This document shows, piece after piece, positions 25,030 to 38,498 of a DNA stretch of 64,000 bases (position 1 is the stretch's first letter; the number at the start of each line of letters is the position of its first letter). Source of the stretch: Somniosus microcephalus (Eukaryota); contig CM126214.1 in NCBI GenBank assembly GCA_052327205.1, positions 54,374,001 through 54,438,000 on the forward strand, written 5' to 3'. The notes beneath the pieces are model-generated. The model saw nothing but the letters and a program-made list of their open reading frames with translations, did no database searches and was not told where the DNA came from. A program made the position numbers and the translations under genes.

Positions 25030-28000
25030 GTAAGAATGATGGAAGTCGGTGAACTTTCACCTTTTCTTTTTGCTTTCCTTTTTGTTTTAATTACTTATCC
25101 TTTTCATTTTCTTTCAGAACTTTTCATTTCCGTTTAAACAAAAAAAAATCGTCTTTTTTAATTTGTGTCTGGTATTTTGTCGCAGTTCGTTCTTTGTGTT
25201 TTTTTTTAAACTTATATTAAATTGAGCAAGATTTCTCTCTATTCGATATGCTTTGACTGAAAGCATATCATAGCTTTGTGTGTCATAAAGCCAGTCACAG
25301 CTCCATATTTGTCTCTCAGTGTCTGCCCCCCCACCCCACGAAAGCTTCTCTCTCCTTTTAATTTTTAAGCCGTGTCATTTATTTGTTTATTTTTGGAGGA
25401 CCTTGCTGTGTGATTGCCATTACATTGAGGGCTCGCTCCAAGGCGGCCTTGGCCTCCGCAGAACCAGCTTGAGGAACGTTTTTGGCAGGCGTTTTAATGA
25501 TTAAAATTGTAGACAGCCCATCATGGAAGATGAGATGACCCGTGCTCCAAGGGAAATGCTTCACGGCTCTGTGTGGCTTCGCATCAAGACAGGGCACTCG
25601 AACACGATAACTTAAGAGTGCCTTTGCCAAAATGATTTGTGAAACCAACAACCTTGTTGATGATAAAAAAAAAATTGAAATTGTGTGTTTTAAATGATTT
25701 TTACGAAATCCATTACTGTGAAGGTCTTCGCTCTGTATATTAAAAAGGTGGCAGAATCTGATCTATAATGTCAATAGCCCACGACCTGTAGATTATTTCA
25801 GTGTTAGATATATATGTTACTGTGTTCCTAATGTCTGCATATCCAGTCTTGTGCTCTAGCATATTTTTTACAGTCGAATTGTTTGAAAGAAAACTGACTT
25901 TAAAAATCGCCCCTGTCTACCTAGCTCTTTCACCGTCTAACCGTCAAACAAATCCAGTGTAAATGGGCATTTAGAGGCACCTTGCTGCCCCCCTCCCCAT
26001 GGATCAGTTGCACAGCCTAGACCCTAGGCTCTGTCTGTCCTGATTTCAGCCAGGGCAGTTTTTGAGACGCTACAATTCGCCTCTGTTCTTTTGGTACTGG
26101 GGAAGGGGAAACTTCCACCCGGCTTCCCGTCCCCGGTTTGCTAGCAAGTGACCCCCTGCTGGAAGGGAACTGGTTTGCGAAAGTCAAACGAGGATAGGAT
26201 CAGGCTCAGCCGTGATGTTCCCCAAGGCAGCAGAGAGCAGCTGATACCTCTGAAACAGTACCCCAGTACAGTCAATGCCTGTTTCGGTGGGGGGGGGGGG
26301 GGGTGTTGGGGGGAAGCGGTGACACACAGAGAAAGAATGACTAAAATTAAATTATCGGAGGTGAGGCTGACCTTGTTGTGCTTCCTAAGATTAATGAAAT
26401 TCACTGGAATCTGGCAAGACTGGAGTTTCTATATCTCTCTGGCTCCTGCAGACTCCACTCATGGCCTCTGCTGCCATTACGGAAGACACATATCAGCCTC
26501 CAACCCAACTGAATCACCTTGAGCTAGATCTCGAGGTTTTATACTGCCTCTGTTTGCTGAGACTGTAAACACCTGCCTGTGTGGAGCAGCCGTAGCGGGA
26601 TCCTCCGTGCCTCTGTTGAAAAGTCCGCACAGCTCTCGAGAGTCGGTGTAGAGCCTTTTACTGTGTTCTCACTATCTTAGTGGTTAACACTAGGCAATCC
26701 TTATATAGAGAGGTGTTCTCGGTGTTGCTGCTCAGTCAGCAGCTGATTGAAATGCCAGTTTCTTAAGTTTCTTCTTCACCAAGCCATTTACTGATGTAAA
26801 TTTCTCAGTGCGCGGGGGATATGCAGATGCTACGAGTTGTTTCCTGCCATGACCCCTGGGTGCAATCTTACTGGCATACCCCCAACGTTGAGCCACAGAG
26901 TGGTGGGATTATGTTTCGTGCCCAAGGTTTACCATGCATTGGTGAGATCCCAGTCTCGCCCACCTCATCTGAGAAAAAGAACGAGGGAAAGAAAGTTGGA
27001 GGGATGGAGGAAGAAGGGGAGGGGTGGATCTCGGGTAGACGGTGACAAAAGCACTGGGCCACTTTCTCTTCCCAATAGTTTATTACCATTTTCATAAGCA
27101 CACACTATTGACTATTCATTGAGAGAGATAAGCAAGGAATATCAAATGGTTGTACTTTGAGGGTCTAATTAGACAGTTTAGCTAGCTGTGTTGAGAGGAT
27201 TTTGAACTCTTTCTATGAAAGCTTCAATTCTATTAAGTAAATTGTCCTCACTGTCCTCTACCTCGTTTCCCCCTCCCTATTTCTTTGTTTTTTTCCTCCT
27301 ATCTCTGCCGGGGCTTCTCTTTTCACAGAGGTGACTGTTTTCTTGTTCCAGTTGGTCTTTTGTTGGTTTCTTTGCGTTTCCCTGTTGAGCAGGTACTTGG
27401 TGAGTGTAGCTGTGTCCTGTGATCAGTTCCTCCATTCGCTCACAGATGGAGGAACTGTGTAATGGGGAGATGGTTGTGCTGATAACAGTGTCTCTCGGTC
27501 ACCCGTTGTTTGAAGCTTCAGAGCGTTAGTTGGAGGCAGGCTGGATGCGGACATTTTGTGCAGATGGTCTTGTGACGTCATGAATCAGTTCTGTCCCCTG
27601 AGTGGCCCAGCGGAACCTATGCCTGCTCCGAGCAAGCCATTGAAAAGCCCCAAAAATGCAGGAGGGAGCGAGCAATTGTTTGGCAAGGTTCTCCCCTGGC
27701 CATTGTGCTGCATCATAGCGATAGGACACCAACCCCAGATTTCCAGGCCTCCGTCAGTATGAGTGCCATTAATGCACCCTTGCAGGTGCCAGGTGCCTAC
27801 CCCATGTAAATGATATGGCCCCCATCCCCACAATTGGTGGGCTGCATGGGGGTGGGTGGGCTGGGAGTTCTGCTCATCCCATGAGCAAAGGGGGGGCATC
27901 CTGGAATTTCGAGCCCAGTGTTTCTGATCCACGAAGACCAGGCAAGATCCAAGGTTTGACCCCTGGTTTCTGCCATGTTAGCAGGCTGGAGCACTACAGT

Positions 28001-28049
28001 TGGCCGCAGTTTTTTTGGGGGAAAGAGGAGGGGCGGGGGGAAATTAATT

Positions 28050-28290
28050 TGGGGTTCCACTCCCGAACACTGTCCCTGAATGCTGTGCACGGATGGGCGC
28101 TGGGTGAGGACAGGATGGGCTCAGCTGTGAAGCCCCTGCATGGTTGAATAGTCTAGACACCTGACATTTAATTGTCTGGGCTCAGTCAGGAAGAATGGCC
28201 ACTTGGATGAGGTGTCTGAAAAGTGATGAGGCTTGAAAAATCATAATTCAGCAACCGGCATCACTTTCAGAAAAGAAGAGAGGAACACTG
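28050..28290 (+). mobile_element. Family X SINE-like copy
   Basis: GGGTGAGGACAGGATGGGCTCAGCTGTG...GGTTGAATAG...GAAGAATGGCCACTTGGATGAGG. Confidence 0.55.
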
Positions 28291-29852
28291 AAGGGAAAGT
28301 CCTGGAAGTTCCTCAAAAAGAAGTTTAAAAAAAAATGTTGGCCCAATTTTTCCATTTTAGGAATATAATCTGAATAATAAGTTCCACTGTTTCAGAATTG
28401 GAGTCTAGGAACCCACAGCCTCAAGGCCCAGTCCCCCATTAAGAAACGAATTCTGTGACCTCAGATGTGTTTTCCCCAGCTGTAAGATGCTCTTTACAGT
28501 GGCATTTGTATAAATAAATCATGTGAGAGAGGTTCAAGGCAGCAAACCAGCTTGACCAGAAATATGTCTGTGGGCGTGGGGGTCAGGGTTCAAAGCTGCC
28601 GGTGCCAAGGCTACACTGGGCCGGGTGAGGGGGTGGGATTTCGAACAGAAATGGAGGGACCTTGTTACTGGGAGCGGAGAACTAATACCTCTGCCGGATT
28701 GTAGAAGAATATATTTGGTTAGCTTTATAAATGCTCAAGTGATCTTTTTACCCCCATTTCAGTCTCGGTGTGCTGAGGGTGATCTATGTTGAATGCAGCT
28801 CCCAGAGAAATTTCCCATCTAATTAAAAGTGTGCACAATACGAATTTAAACAGATGTAATCGCATTCAGTGCCCATATTCCTCTTTCTAGCATCTTATCT
28901 ATTCAGTATTATATCTCTTTTCCCCCCACCCCAGGGGCTAATCACCGTAGAGAGATTGTGGCAGTGGGATTGGCTGAATTAGCTGCAGTTAGAAGGTTAT
29001 GGCTGGGCTACAGAATTGCAAACAGGTACTGAAAATGTGCCAAGCTAGTGTGGTAGACATGTCCCCTGTTAAAGGGTTGCCCCGTGCCATTGGGTAAGCA
29101 GTGAAGGCCAACATAATTAGAGTTGCTGCAGTACCTGCCCACACTGCTTATCCACCTTGACGTCTCTTAATGCAAGTGTGGTCCCGGGGTGTGTTCTGTT
29201 TCAGTGTGGACCACAAAGCAAATCTGTGGAATATAACCTGAGGTGTTCCCTGTTAAATGGACCCCTTTAACAGACGTGTGCTGTATTCATGACTACCTGT
29301 GCCCTGTTCAGACTGCCCTAGCAGATGGTTCGGGGGCCAGTTTGGTACTGGTACTGATGCTGATCTCAGTTCACTCCAGCTGAAAGAACCTAGAGCCACG
29401 TCCCCTTTTACAAACTGCACCAGAGCTGACTGGGGCACGCTCATTTTGGAGCACTGGATCGTGTGTGGGCACCATTGAGTCTTGCAGCATTGGCGATTGG
29501 CATGCAATGCAACGGGCAGGTAGGCACACTCTTCTGGTGTGGCCTGGGGTGGGGAGGGGGAAGCACCCTGTGAAAAATTACAGCTGAGAAGGGGTCCCGT
29601 GGCATTTCTGCAGAGATCCCGGATTAAGAAGCCCATCTCTCCTCACGCAGGTCAGCAATAGATACCCAGCCCCAAGCTTACCCCTTGACCAGCTGCTTTG
29701 GGTGAGCCGGTCTCATGGCTTGTGATGTCAGAATTGGTGATCCAAACAGGGCATTGAGCGAAGGTCGGTCGGGAAATGCGGCCATTTCTGCATGTCGTGC
29801 GTGAGAAGTCCCGGGATTTTAATTCCCTCTGCTGCCGTTTGTCTCCTGACAG

Positions 29853-29963
29853 GTGCCCTGCAGATCGAGAACAGCGAAGAAACCGACCAGGGGAAATACG
29901 AATGTGTGGCATCGAACAACGCCGGGGTGCGGTATTCTCCTCCCGCTAATCTTTACGTGAGAG
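29853..29963 (+). CDS. PTPRS: Coding exon, C-half of Ig2 ([37 protein letters not shown])
   Basis: ctgacag|GT...AGAG|gtaggg, 111 nt, phase 1-1. DxGxYxC Ig motif; EETDQG and GVRYS are PTPRS-type. Confidence 0.97.
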
Positions 29964-30529
29964 GTAGGGAGCGGCTGATTACTCAACACCCTCTCACTAA
30001 AGGGTGCTGGGCCTCTGGCAGAGCACGACTTCTATGAGCTTCTAGTGCCTGAATGTTTGTCTGTTTTCCATTAAAGCAGTTCAGCACAGGGGCGTATATT
30101 CCCGTTAGGTTGGATTCACATATTAAAAATCCTGGGAGAACCCTGGGAGGAATTTTGCAGCGTGTAGGACAGGTTATATTCGTCCCAGAAGAGCCTTGGC
30201 ATAAGGATCAAAAGAAATCATTTTCTGTTTTTGATTTTCCTCTTCAATAACTAAAGATCAAACAGCTCAGTGTACATTTTTCAAGGTGGCTCTCCTAACA
30301 TTGGGCCATACTTAACGGGGTTGGAGAATCGGACACAGGCATCAGTGTGCCTGAATGGCATTGCTCTGCGAGTTGGGTGCGCCGACCCCAGCGCCCACCC
30401 CGCCCCCCCCTCCCCCCACCGAATTTAATCGCCGGCAACCACCACAAGTCTCCGCAACAGGAGAGCATCTTTGTACCCATAGAAACTAAACAGTTCAAGA
30501 CTGAGAGCGGATTACAGCACAGAAGGAGC

Positions 30530-30725
30530 AACTAGGATGGCTGAAAACACACGGCAGGCCACCCAGCATCTGCCAGAGTCGCCCTTACCCTCTCGCCAAC
30601 TGTCCTAGGGTCAACGCCCTTCATCAGAACCCCAACAGAACTCTGATCGAGGGACCCCACCCACAGCATTTACCTTATTCAGATGCTGACTGACCTCATG
30701 TGGGCCTCCAGAATTTGCAGTCTGT
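30530..30725. mobile_element. Two degenerate Penelope-like tails in opposite orientation
   Basis: Minus copy ends at CCTTCATCAGAAC (rc GTTCTGATGAAGG). Plus copy begins CTCTGATCGAGGGACC...CAGATGCTGACTGACCT. Confidence 0.5.
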
Positions 30726-33700
30726 ACACCCACATTGAGACAAATAATTTAGAAACGGCCCCAGCATAAGTAAGACATTTTTTTTGGACCTAGTTTGTGT
30801 CCCACGCTTGAAAAATGTTCTGCGGAAACAGCATCCCACACCTCTCCTGCTTATTCCAAACTCTTTATTTGAAGACGCAGGGTGAGGCCCAGTCAGGCAG
30901 GCGAGACGTGCCCGATTTGTAAAAAATCCCGAATTGCTTCCAACAAAATCACAAATAAAATATAACATTATAATAAACATACGCTTCCAGTAGGGGTTGC
31001 TGGATAATATCAGGAGCACAAACTCTGAACTCTCTCCCTGACTTGGGCTCACTGAAGCTTGACTAAGATCAGTTAACTGAGCAGACTGGAGGTGGCAAAT
31101 GCTTTTCACAAATATAAATACAGTAACTCCAAGTCCTGCTGATCTTAGTAATTATTCCTAAAATTAATATCTGTGAGAGAAATCACTTAAAATAAATGTA
31201 AGAGATTGGGAAACAAGCTCTTTTAATCAGAGGTACGCTCAACTATTGCCCATAGGGAGGGAGAAGAGCAATAAGAACCAGGCAAGGTGGCACCCTCAAT
31301 TTGCTCTTTTTAGTAGATGTACAATTATCTCATTAAATAGTTTCTTGGTATTCTTATATCACCATTCTCTCCAATATGGCAAAGCAGTGAGAGCCTCTCA
31401 TTCCAGCAGGTCCTCTGAAAGATTCTGTAGTGAGCGGCTCAGAGCAATATAATGTAATCTACCCCAACAACAAGAGACATTTCAAACAAGATCATCTAAA
31501 CTCGTAGGAAAAGAATAAAAACTAGTAAATCAAATTGAGGAGCTATTTGATCAGACTCATCAGAATAGTTGATCTCATTGGTCATTTTCAGTCATCCAAA
31601 CAGCACGGTTATAACTTGCTTGGGTGATGTCATAGCCATGTGATGTCACCATGTCAGTTCTGATTGGTTAAAGAACGGAGTTAATACATGGGATTGGATA
31701 GAAATGGTCACGTGCTATTCCCTCTCGCCAAATTGAGAGTCTGGGCTGACCCTACATTAAGTGTCACCTTTCAAGGCTCAGCCTCTTGTAACCATGCAGT
31801 GTGGGGCATTTTGCCAAGGCAGGTAGCTGCCATTGACGATGGATATTCATAAGTGTGCTAAAGTCCCCAACAAACACAGTCAAGGGCAATCATTTATTTT
31901 GGGCAGAATCCAGGAGGTACTGGATTATGAAATCTAATAATGGCAGGAAGGGATATTAAAAAAAAAAAAGTGTGGTTTCATCATGACCGTGTCCAATTTA
32001 GTGACACGTGTGTTGGGGCCCATTGAAGCACTCCACTGAAGGGCTAACTGGCTTCAGGTGCATCATGCGAGTACACTGTTGCACCTAAAGCGGCTGCAAC
32101 ATTGGACCATTCAGTATAGTTAGAGTACTGCTGGTCACCCAGTCTCTTGCCACATCCCTTCAAATCTTGTAATATACGCCCCTGTTCTATCTGAAGATAG
32201 ACTATAAACTGTAGGTAGCGAGGGAAGGAGCTAATTCAGCCTTTTATGTAACTTGTGATAACTGAATGTGCTTGAGCTCAATTTAGGAGAGTTGATGTAT
32301 AAAGACAGGAATTAAAATATCTCCAGATCTCACTGGATCTCTGTCCATTCCAGCCATGTCCAGAGAGGGCATTGAAATGTATAAAGTGAGCATTAGTTTG
32401 GAATAATTCATTCCCATTTATTTTACCCTTGACTGCAATATCTAAAATTTAGCCCAGGGAATAGTGACTCCTCTTGCTGAAGGCCGCTAATAGTTACGCC
32501 TCTGTTAAAGTCATTCATTCTCCTTGAGCATTCAGCATGATGTGACACCAAATTTAACAGCTATTTAAATAATTAGTATTATATTATATTTTCTATAAAG
32601 TTTATATTTATAAAATTCTCAAGTAATGTACTAGTGAAACCGTATTACGGGACAATGTGTAAAAACTCAATGTCTGACAAACTCTTGCCTCAATAGCTGG
32701 AATGGAAGAAAGGACCCAGTGGGTTTTCCAAACCGTCTAAAAAAAATATTGTTGGTTCTCAAATCTTTAAAATTATAATTTCTGATATTTTTACATCATT
32801 TGGTCTTTGACCCAGTGAGTGTTGATTGTGGAGGAATAGAAAAGGATTAAATATTGTGCCTTGAGTAATTTTTGAAAGTCAAACTGTAAACTATCAGTTG
32901 TCTATCCAGATCCTTCCAGAAATGACAGCATAACTATCAGCTGGGAATTGTCGAATATTGAGTCTACTATCGAAGCCTATAGCTAGGCCGAGAGCCTGAA
33001 AAGGGCTGATGGCAAAACCTGGTATCTTTCCCATCCATCGATAAACAGCGTGCAGTTTATAGAAATCTCTCGACTCCTAAAAATTGGACAACATTCATAT
33101 GGTACAGAGGGACCCCACCCTGTCACACCACCAGGTTTTATCTCGGCTCAGTTCAGTTGATCCCAAATGGGATTGTTGTCAAAGTTCCAACAAAAAGGAA
33201 CTGTTTCTGAACTATTTCCAAATCCTTTCTGGTCATCACCACTGGGATATGTGTTGCAACCCATTGCGACGATTTTAAGAACTCGAGACCATGTTAAGTA
33301 AAATAATTGCCTGCACCTGTATAGTATTTCTTCCTAACTTGTGTTGTCATTTTAAACGAGACTAGACGACAAGTACTTATTCAGTGTTTTCTGATGTCCA
33401 GAGAAGGGCACATTGACAGTCAGAGAGGCAGGCAGGCAGCAGCATTGACTCAAACAGTATGCATCTCCAGGGGCAACAGGAAGGAATTGAGACCCATTAG
33501 TGATTTCTCTAGTTGGTACCAGATGGGCTTACCCGCGGCACATGACCGTTTAAAGAACCTGCATGTGGCATATCAGCCCCAGATGGAGGCAAATCCAAGT
33601 GAAATGGATGCATCCTCTTGGCTTCTTTGCAGCCTCAGGAGGCTTTTATTCTAGTAACTTAAACAGACAAGGCATCCAAAGATATCTTAGTCTGGGAACA

Positions 33701-34107
33701 GATGACAGAGACCAACTGGTACATTATTTGAGGGGTCCAGCTGTAGAATAATGGGAGTGATCGCAAAGCAGTTTATAGTCAATACCTTAAACTGCAAGAG
33801 CAAAGCCTCAGGTTGCATTTAACTGGTATACAGATGCCAAAATCAAAGCTGCAACCATGATGACACTCGCGTTAGTGTGCAGGCTATCTCGTGTGGGAAA
33901 GTCTACAGAACACTCAAGAATGATCGAAGGTGCCCCTCCCTTTGACTCTTTCCTGCTAGCTGTGGAGAACTGCCTGGCCTCCATTTGGTGCCTCTCCATA
34001 CTGACATACCTGAGGAACTCAGTCCCTCCACCTGTGGCAGACTTCAAGTTTGGAGTCCATGCTTCGACACTCCATGCTGTAATGCATTGGTGTGAGGCCA
34101 TCAAGGT

Positions 34108-34414
34108 AGAATCACAGGAACCCCACAGTGCAGATAGAGGCCATTTCGGCCCATCGAGCCTGCACCGACACATATCCCACCCTATCCCCATAACCCCACG
34201 TATTTAATCCCCCTAACACTAAGGGTCAATTTATCATAGCCAATCAACCTAACCCGCACATCTTTGGACTGTGGGAGGAAACCGGAGCACCCGGAGGAAA
34301 CCCACGCAAACACGGGGAGAATGTGCAAACTCCACACAGACAGTCGCCCGAGGCCGGATTCGAACCCGGGTCCCTGGCGCTGTGAGGCAACAGTGCTAAC
34401 CACTATGCCACCGT
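34108..34414 (-). mobile_element. tRNA-derived V-SINE (HE1-like, elasmobranch), near full length
   Basis: rc head ACGGTGGCATAGTGGTTAGCAC (A box) ... GGGTTCGAATCC (B box); V-domain TGTGTGGAGTTTGCACATTCTCCCCGTG...TTCCTCCGGGTGCTCCGGTTTCCTCCCACAGTCCAAAGATGTG; CR1-like tail. Confidence 0.9.
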
Positions 34415-34671
34415 CTTGAGACTTTCTGATGGAATCATCATCTTTTCAATCTTTACGGGAGAGTTGAGGATTTGGCCTTCAAGGTGAGGAGTGTCTTTGT
34501 TGGGTAATCTAACATGCCCTACCTTATTGCACAATAAAAACCACAATCTTAGCCACTGCCTTGCCACAGAAGAATTCTGTGTCCCACAATCCAATTCCTT
34601 TTTTTCTCTTTGTAGACAAAAGTCGAGAACTTTAATGCTTGTTCTTTCTGGAGAGTTACGGCAAACATTTG

Positions 34672-35480
34672 GGGCTGGATTTTGTGAATGGAGGCGAGTT
34701 GGAGGCGGGACTGCTGCTTGTCGTGTCAATTTTCCCCTGATTGAGCTTGTTAAGCCCGCCCTGCGGGCTCAGCAGGCCAACTGGGGAGAAAGTCACTGAC
34801 AGATCACGTCAACGTCAGACGTGCTATCTGTCAAGACTTCTTGAAAGAAGAAATGACAGTGTTTGACAGCTCTGTGAAGCTGTCAAACACTGACATTCTC
34901 TTTAGTTTGCTGAGTCTTTGTGGTGAGGACTCATCAAACCTTTCAATTTTGTAAATTTCACATGTCTGTAGGATCGGAGGATCCAACAGTTATTATCTGA
35001 AATTGACGAGGAGAATTTCGGCTCTCCCCATCCAGCGCGGCTAAAGGCTGTAGAAAGAAAACAAGGTAAGTGAACACTTTTTTAAACTTATCACTCACCT
35101 TACATACTTACCACTCCACACTTGCACCCATCACTCACCTCTACACCTTACTTCCAGGTGCCTCCGACCACCGCAGACCACCTCCACGTCTCCTCCAAAC
35201 TGGCGGGGTTCTCCGAGGTCGGGAAGCCTTCACCTGTGAAGGTAAAATGGCACTAATTCTTTTTTCTGCCTGTTAACTACCTGTTAACAGGCAGTTAAAA
35301 GGATTAAGTGCCTTTCCTGCCTCCAGGAGACGGGACCCGAAGCTGCACATCCTCCCGCCTCCTGGCAAAAGGACACGGAGGCGGGATGGGGGCGGGTTTG
35401 CCATCCGCCCCCACTTTCTCCGATTTTACCGGCTGTCCCCCCTCCATGCCCGCCTCCTCGGGGTTTGGAAAATCCAGTCC
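34672..35480. mobile_element. Non-autonomous DNA transposon (PIF/Harbinger-like MITE)
   Basis: TIRs GGGCTGGATTTT / AAAATCCAGTCC, 3-bp duplication TTG on both flanks, internal palindromes (e.g. ~34855-34895). Confidence 0.7.
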
Positions 35481-36477
35481 TTGGTCTGTGTGACCAGCTC
35501 ATTTACACCTCATTAATAATGGGCACCTCCCAACAACGTGTAAATGTTGTCGCTAGGTGTTTGCCTTTTGCGCTTTTTGTCCCTCCACGTACAATCCTAT
35601 TCGTGCCTCAGAGTGGACAATCCAGGCCTTCGACCTCCGCTCGAGAGGACTCCCGAGTGGGACGCTGCATCAGTTCAATTAAAGCCTGCATTCTTTGTGA
35701 CCTCGCTGAATGAAATGGCCCGATCAGAGTGAATTGAAGCTGAATTATGAGCAGTTTTGTGCTGTGAATTCAAGTCCGTTGAGAGCTGGGTTGGAGCTTG
35801 ACTCATTTAATTTTGCATTCTTTAACAGCTGTCAGAAAGAGGACTTTCATCCCATCCGTCTGGGCTCAATTCCAGCTGCAGCCCCGGAGATGAAAGGATG
35901 GAAGGATAGTGCAGCCCTGTCCCTCTTTTTCCTTTCTTTAAGAACATGATATTCTCCAATATTGCCGTGCACATTGGAGCCAAATCTTCAGTAGCAGAAG
36001 AAATAGATAATTCAAGACTTTTTGGTTTTTAAGGTGTGCTGCGGTCCCAAAAGATGAATTCTTTGCAATAAAGCACGTGCTTGATTCAGAAGGTGATGGC
36101 TGCCTTCGTGTGGACTATGTTGAAGTATTGCTGTGCACAGCTTTGCCTGAAATGAGGCCTAGTCACTCTCGACCATTAGTGATTCTTTTCAAGTCTGCAT
36201 TCTAGCTTATTCTGCCAACTTCTTAAGTTCCAGACTGGCAGGAAACTGGCAGAGATCCATATCAATAGAACAGAACACATTTTGAAAGTGAGAAGGCTGT
36301 TAATCTTGCTTCAGGGGAGCTAGTCTATCAAACCAATTTAATACCACCGAGCCTAGAGTTTCCAAGCACTAATCCACCTATGTGTTATTAGAAATCTTGC
36401 ATACACAGCCGCATTAAAGTAACACCACTCAGTAAATCTATGCCTTGATGTCCAAAGGCAAGGGCAGGAAAATGTAT

Positions 36478-36600
36478 GATAGAATCATAGAATTTTACAG
36501 CCCAAAGGAGGCCATTCAACCCATCGTGCCTGTGCCAGGCCTCTCTCTGAAAGAGCTATTCACTTAGTCCCATTCTCCTGCCCTTTTCCCATATTCTCTT
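36478..36600 (-). mobile_element. CR1-type LINE 3' tail
   Basis: ATAGAATCATAGAATTTTACAGCCCAAAGGAGGCCATTCAACCCATC. Confidence 0.75.
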
Positions 36601-38486
36601 TTTTTTTAACTGGAGAAACCTAGGTGAATGTTGAGGCCCATTATGCAGGATACAGTCAAGATTGGCAGGAGAGAAGACAAGGAAAATGAAGATTTAGATG
36701 GCTAGATAACAAAAGCCTGTAAGTTTTAGGGAGACGGGAAGACTGATGGAGGCGTGGCCATGGGGAAAGGATGTTAGAGTGAGAGTTGGTACAAAAGGGG
36801 TAATATTATGAATCCGTGCTTCTGGTGTGACGCCTTGACCACTGGAGGCGTGTATCAGAAATTTCTGCCGTACGCTGCCCGCATTTCTGATTTATGCTCC
36901 CAGAAGGGGAGGCCTCGGCACTGGGAGTGGGGACTCATTAAAACACCCCACTAATGAGTCCTCGAAGCAGAAGACAAATCTTTTGACTACAAAGGGATCA
37001 TTGCCCCTCCACCCCTGCCCCCTGGCTAGCAAGGCAGAAACTACGTGGCCTGTGAGGTTTTTTCTTCCTGCGCATGTATTTCTAATGTATTCTCTCTTCC
37101 TCTTGTTCGAACAGTGCAAAGCTGCTTTAGGCCTTCCTCTCCTTATGCTGTAACAACTAATAATTTGAAAATGATGAAATGACAACACAAAGGGGAAATA
37201 TTAATGCAGTATATTAACATAATGGCTACACTGTAAGTAGATCAGCATTCCCAGCTGAGAGTTATGAATTCACTCCACAGACAGTCAATTTACCAGAATA
37301 CAGATTGTTAAAAAATATTATCCTTCTTGCATGCTTTATGTGTAAAGTAGCACTCATAGCATAAGAAAGTAATTTGTTTTGTTAAAATTGTTTTTTATCC
37401 CCTGGTGCCTGTAAACTATCAATGCCCCTGAGCTCCCTCTTCAGAGGATAAAGTGGTTACTAAGGCAACAGTTTGACCCTTGCGTTGGGGACTGTTGCTT
37501 GATGGTCGCTTCATCCTCCTGAAGGTCTGATATCTCAGGGTTCAAAGGTCATGGATGAGGTTTACTAGAAGGAAAAATAATTTGGAAAAACTCTACTTTG
37601 AACTAGTGCCATTAGACAAGTTATGATATTGGGAAAGAAATAAATACCAATTGGATGGAAAGGTAAAAGGTCATTGGTGACGTATTGAAGATAATGCAAA
37701 TGATTTTTTTTTCCTGCAATTTTAATTTTGAATACAAAATTTTGAAAATGTTAGGGGGATGGATATTTGATCCCTCTCGGAGCTTTCCTCCCAAGTCTGC
37801 GACATACAAGGTTCTGCTGTGTTTAAAAATGATTTGTGGCCGCAGTGTGGGAACAGCGGACTCCTTTCCATGAGCAACAAGCGCGCAGTCAATTTGTAGC
37901 ACGAGGCCTTGTCCAGAGAGCTGTAGGCTGACGTGCGCTTGGCGCAGAGGTTCAGAGTTCGAGTCGGTTGTTCCTGGCCAGTGATGGGAACAATACAGCT
38001 GCATCTCTTTCACTTCCTTAAGAAGGCTGCTGTGGTGGGGAGAGATGGGGGTCCAAGTGCCGAGACTTCAGGAAAAACGATAAAACTGCTCATGACAACT
38101 TTATTTCTGAGTAACTTTCTGTCAAAATTCTGAAGCCGACAGAAGAAGTGAAAGAGATTAAAGGGAATAAAGGAAATGTTTAAGTTATGCGTTCTAAGAT
38201 AATATAAGTATAACAGCCTTGTGTTAGTTTTTATTTATTTTTTAATTTGATTTATCAATGGAATTGTTTGAGTTAAAAATCAATTCCCTCAGAAGGACTA
38301 ACTATTGAGACGACACACAAAAAAAATTGATTCTTGAAGATCTAGGCGGAAAGGTCAAAGGTCGTTAGTGAGAGTAGATGTTGCAGCTAAAAGCCTTGAA
38401 GAGGCCTTTTTACTCTCTCTGTGTTTCCCCTATTTCTCTTCTCCCCATGTCATTGTGTTCCGCATCAAACCCCCTACATCCCTCAG

Positions 38487-38498
38487 AGCTACGAGAAG
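38487..38498 (+). CDS. PTPRS: Microexon meB (12 nt, ELRE), Ig2-Ig3 linker
   Basis: Pyrimidine tract, ccctcag|AGCTACGAGAAG|gttggt. In frame gives E-L-R-E, identical to the conserved meB peptide. Confidence 0.95.

Noticed and set aside
34330-34414. tRNA gene
   Set aside because: A and B boxes are the head of a V-SINE and continue into the V-domain and LINE tail.
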